A stretch of DNA of 64,000 nt from an uncultured candidate division Zixibacteria bacterium (GTDB taxonomy: Bacteria > Zixibacteria > MSB-5A5 > GN15 > PGXB01): contig CAWEZN010000007.1 of the NCBI GenBank assembly GCA_963813655.1, positions 241,183 through 305,182 of the forward strand, read 5' to 3'. This document shows, in pieces, positions 60,201 through 64,000 of the stretch (within the stretch, counting starts at the first letter, position 1; each line of letters opens with the position of its first letter). The position numbers and the translations under genes were made by a program. The notes under the pieces were generated by a model. The model saw only the letters and a list, made by a program, of their open reading frames with translations, ran no database searches and had not been told where the DNA came from.

Positions 60201-62253
60201 TATTAATATCGAGAGCGGTTATTCTGTCGAGGGTGTACCAGATTACGGTATCTTTATAGATGACCGGGCTGTTATAAACAGCCGTCTGAGGAGAAGTAAA
60301 CTGCCAGGCTTTGATCATCTGGCACTTGGCCGTTCCGAGAGAGTTCCCGGAATGGTCAGTGCGGGCAAAGTTCTTGCCCATGGCCGGCCAATCTTCACCC
60401 GGGGCGCAGATGCATTCCGCAACCGGAACACAGCAAACGTCGAGAGTGATACCATGGTCAACATCAGCTCCCCAATCGTCGAGCATGTAGCCATAAGCAG
60501 GACCCGCCCAGCCTTCGGCTGAACGATATCCGCCGGTGGAACCGTCGTCCGACAGAGTGAAGAATCCGCTCAGGGTATCCGGAGCGAATGATTCCATTCC
60601 AACCCAGACATCCTGATCGAACGTGAAGTTGTCCGCCGCGATATCATAGGCTTTCCACCAGCGAGTGGAAATGGTTGTGGGAGGAATCTGGCCATAGTCG
60701 CCGGCCGCAATAGGCTTGGAATAAGCCAGCGTGCCCGGCAGATTGTTATTGAGGCCATCCTTGTAGAATATCTGGAGTTCAGAACCGGTGGAATACAGCG
60801 GCCAAGAACCCGCGATAGCAAAATTCCAGTAGAAGCGGAAGTTAACCTTCTCTACACGGCATCCCTCGCCTTTGGGCGAGTAGAGCTGATAGGGGGCAAC
60901 ATCGCCGTACCGGTCAGGATAGCGCCAATAGTATGCGTCGCCATCGAAGTTGCTGAGTGTCCGGCAATCGGAGAACTCATCTTTGCAAAGGTCGGCATAC
61001 ATCAAGAAATTGACATCTTGTCCCCAGTCAGCCAGCATCGTGCCCCATGAGCCCCAGTATTCGGAGCTACGACCCGTGCCGCATGATCCGTCATCGGACA
61101 GGCAAGCCAGGGTATCGGCAGGGCCGGTTGGCACGGTTGACCAACCCACGTGGAATTCCGAATTGACAACGATATTAAGCGCTGACAAATCGATAATATT
61201 CCAGCTTGGGTAGTGAACCAGGGTGGCCCAGGGAAGGGTGTCTGCATAAATTACATTCGCAAGATCCGGGAATCCGAGGCCATCATCACCCCAGACAAAG
61301 ACTGCCAAATCCGGGTTACCCCAGGGCTTGGAGCCGGGTCTGTAGGTAGCGAGGCCGACAGCTTTCAAAGTTTCCGGACCCGCGACAGAAAATCTCATAT
61401 TGAAATAGTCGTCGCCATAGGCGTCAGGCTGTTTCCAGTAGTAGGCTGCGCCACAGTCATACTCTGCAGTATAACAGGACGTGTACGGGATTTTACCGCA
61501 ACAGATATCAACGCCGATCAGGAAGTTAAGATCAAGCTCACCAATCGTCGTTCATCAATCCGTAAGCGCCAAAATATTCCCAACTGCGATTCGAGCCGCC
61601 GGCTGTGCCGTCATCGGAGAGTATCGCGAGTGTGTCGCCGTCAACGCCGGTTTTGGATACGCCAATATGGAACTCGGCCGCATTGGCATAAACAAAAGGG
61701 CCGCCGGCTATTGAGCGTGCTGAGATCGATGGTTACGTAATACATCCCCGCATGCGGAAGATCCGCCGCGGCGACATCTACATAACCACGCTCAGTACCC
61801 GGAAAGCCGAAGCCATCGTCGTCATATAGAGTAACGCGCATCCCGGGATTACCCTTGATGGCGTCACCATATACGGCGACGTAGGCCGTCAACACGCTGC
61901 AGGTATACCCTGCTTTGGGCGTGAAACGCTGACCCATAATGCTGTCACCGTATTTATCGGTGAGTCTCCAGAAATAGGCCGCGGCGCCACCGGAGTAATC
62001 GATCCCCTCGCAAACGTATGCGGGAGGAAGAACTCTGGCCGGCGTCTGAAGCGCAGTTGATCGCGTTCGAGGGCTTCTGATATCCCTGGAACGGGACGCT
62101 CAACTGCGTGGCCTGATTGAATCTGGGAGCATTCGGATTGGTCGTTTCCAGGCGGTTGAGACCAACTTTGGGAACATTGGAACTAATAGCCGCACTACTA
62201 AAGGTAAGCAATAACCCTAAAGTAAGTACCGCGATTATCAGTTTTTTAAACAT
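57232..62253 (-). CDS. giant secreted protein (about 1670 aa if contiguous): N-terminal triplicated roughly 130-aa domain, PQQ-like beta-propeller repeats, C-terminal type-I dockerin. The 5' 850 nt is split over three frames.
   Basis: Signal peptide at ORF 61954..62253. Repeats containing Y.DDDG.GFP / DDGS.G..RS.E.W / DWG.DV. PQQ-type blades (ALDINTGAVIWQR, IDPATGVVVWQL, SINAADGSVNWAA). Dockerin GDVNNDGKIDLADIIAL...GDVNNDGVVTDLDVSYMV. Confidence 0.65.
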
Positions 62254-63062
62254 TTATTTCCTCCTTAATATTAGGAAATATGTTACAGTTGTTAACCAAA
62301 ACTAGAATTTTAGCCAAACCAATCAGTTGCTTATTCTTTCGGCATAATCGCGAAAATCTTTGCCGGGAATATGAATTTCTGATGGCCATGCGGCTAACCT
62401 TCATAACTCACCTTTTGTCCAGGGAGGGGCGAGATTTTGTTTCAGCTAACAATTTCATAATCATTCCTATTGGAGTAAGGAGCTAAACTTTTTTGTGTAG
62501 AAAAGTTGACGGTTTAACTCCGAAATGTTGCATTGAAGAAAAATAATTAATACTTCTGACTCTCATTGAAAAACCTCTGTGGGTTAATACCGCCACCTCC
62601 AATTCTTCATTTATGTTATAGACTATTGTTGACATATCAGAAATTTGGTACACACTTGCGATCGGATTTCATTCGGCCTCTTGTCCGTCACGCCGCTCTC
62701 AAAGATGCAACTACAGGTTACGCTCATCGAAAAATGGTATGATTAAACAAAAGTGATCCCTGATAGGATCTTAACCTTTAACAACGAATCAGATCTATAA
62801 GAGGTAGCTTGTTTTTTTGTTGTCGCCGTCAAATTGTGGCTCTCTCAACAGCAGACAACGCAGTAACACACGCTCGAATGCAAAGATATGATATAACCAC
62901 CAAATGTCAAGCGAAAAATGGAAAAAATTTCCACACATAGGCCTGAAAATGTAGAAAACCACATAATTAGTTGTTACACAAGCAGATGTGCTGATTGTGG
63001 ATAGTCTGTTAATAAAGTTGTTGATTTCTGTGAAGTTTTCCACAATTCTCTGATTTATTGTT

Positions 63063-63701
63063 ATGAAATTGCCAAGAAAACGATATCTGGTCCCGATTTT
63101 CATACTTTTGCTGATATTCGGCAAATATATCTCGGAAATTGGGTTTGATCGATCACCGGCCGACCGATTCAAAGTTGTCAGGATTATTGATGGCGATACC
63201 ATCGAGCTTGCCGGCGGAGATCGATTAAGACTTCTCGGCCTTGATACGCCGGAGAAGGGTCAGCCTTACTACGACTCGGCCAAAGCCTTTCTGAATGCCC
63301 TTATTCTGGGTAAGCATATCGAAGTCTCATATTCGAAAAGAAGAAGGGACGGATACGGCCGCCTTCTGGGATATATTTATGTCGATTCGACATGGGTCAA
63401 TAAAGAGATTTTGAAAAAGGGTCTGGCACATCTTTATCTGTTTGATGATAATTTGTCGGATAAGGCAAAAATCGATGAATTATTGTCCGCGCAGGTCAAC
63501 GCTATGGAAGGCGGTCAGGGGCTTTGGTCGATTCGGCTCCCCGAAGAAGATTATTATCTGGCGGTTAAAGGCTCTTATCGCTTTCATCGCCCGACTTGTC
63601 GATCGCTGATAAAGCGCTCTCCCGAGAATGTAATAAAACTCGTGTCGAGAGACGAGGCCTTCCGACAAGGATATTCTCCCTGCCGCAACTGCGGACCTTA
63701 G
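63063..63701 (+). CDS. thermonuclease (staphylococcal-nuclease-like, SNase fold) with C-terminal Cys cluster
   Basis: N-terminal transmembrane/signal segment; VVRIIDGDTIELAGGDRLRLLGLDTPEK and GRLLGYIYV motifs; C-terminal CRSL...CRNC. Confidence 0.8.
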   Translation: MKLPRKRYLVPIFILLLIFGKYISEIGFDRSPADRFKVVRIIDGDTIELAGGDRLRLLGLDTPEKGQPYYDSAKAFLNALILGKHIEVSYSKRRRDGYGRLLGYIYVDSTWVNKEILKKGLAHLYLFDDNLSDKAKIDELLSAQVNAMEGGQGLWSIRLPEEDYYLAVKGSYRFHRPTCRSLIKRSPENVIKLVSRDEAFRQGYSPCRNCGP

Positions 63702-64000
63702 AGAATTATTGGCATAAATTTATTCCTTCTCGATATCCTTTTTTATTGACAGAATAAATCACGGACTTTAAATTTAGGCATTAATTTGTCAAATTCCACA
63801 GGCGACTTTTTTGGGAGTTCTAAGGATTTTGCCAATGCTGGAAATTGGTTTATCGCGAATTGGCCGTTTTTATTGCGTCACTCAAAGTTTTCAACTTCTG
63901 TATTTTTGCGGGCAGCAGAGCGCTCGTTCGGGCCAATAGGACTAATGGTATGACTACTACGTTGTCTTCAAGGAGGTGATGCCGCAAGGGAGAAACCATA

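Noticed and set aside
62795-63202. 135-aa minus-strand ORF overlapping the thermonuclease start
   Set aside because: AT-rich, Ile/Asn/Phe-biased translation that overlaps a credible gene. Likely a non-coding promoter region.
1-64000. CRISPR arrays or rRNA genes
   Set aside because: No regularly spaced direct repeats or rRNA-like conserved blocks seen anywhere in the window.
63880-64000. Possible structured RNA at the window edge (GC-rich segment with AAGGAGGTGAT)
   Set aside because: No match to riboswitch, RNase P, tmRNA or rRNA consensus elements that I can recall. Truncated by the window end.

Overview
This is a gene-dense 64-kb window at roughly 50% GC from a diderm (Gram-negative type) bacterium, probably an uncultivated lineage. 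The evidence for a diderm is outer-membrane beta-barrels, lipoproteins, an OmpA-like domain and an exosortase. Housekeeping genes are interleaved with accessory modules: lepA, tmk, ctpA-like S41 protease, asnS, Ino1-type inositol-3-phosphate synthase, an M50 site-2 protease and an HD-GYP response regulator. Main accessory content, in order along the window: (1) an SDR, a serine-palmitoyltransferase-like alpha-oxoamine synthase and a 377-aa acyltransferase-like gene, which look like a sphingolipid/aminolipid module. (2) An exosortase/EpsI pair. (3) A CDP-alcohol phosphatidyltransferase, a PfkB kinase, Ino1, a HAD phosphatase and a bifunctional NDP-sugar pyrophosphorylase/phosphohexomutase, which together look like an inositol-phosphate lipid or solute module. 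(4) An 802-aa OmpA-like, PG-binding, C39-like cysteine peptidase next to degraded genes. (5) A tightly overlapping operon of an SPFH-like protein and zinc-ribbon proteins of unknown function. (6) A 13-kb one-strand phage-like module (putative portal, large terminase, prohead-protease fusion, HK97-like capsid, BNR-like and carboxypeptidase-regulatory-like structural proteins) with no integrase, tape-measure or tail tube/sheath visible. (7) Two large secreted proteins with C-terminal type-I dockerin modules. At least six loci are broken by frameshifts (lepA, a lipoprotein, an OMP, a small secreted protein, a zinc-ribbon gene, and the 5' repeat region of the giant dockerin protein). This pattern suggests either indel errors in the assembly or genuine gene decay. 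No rRNA, complete tRNA or CRISPR array was found.
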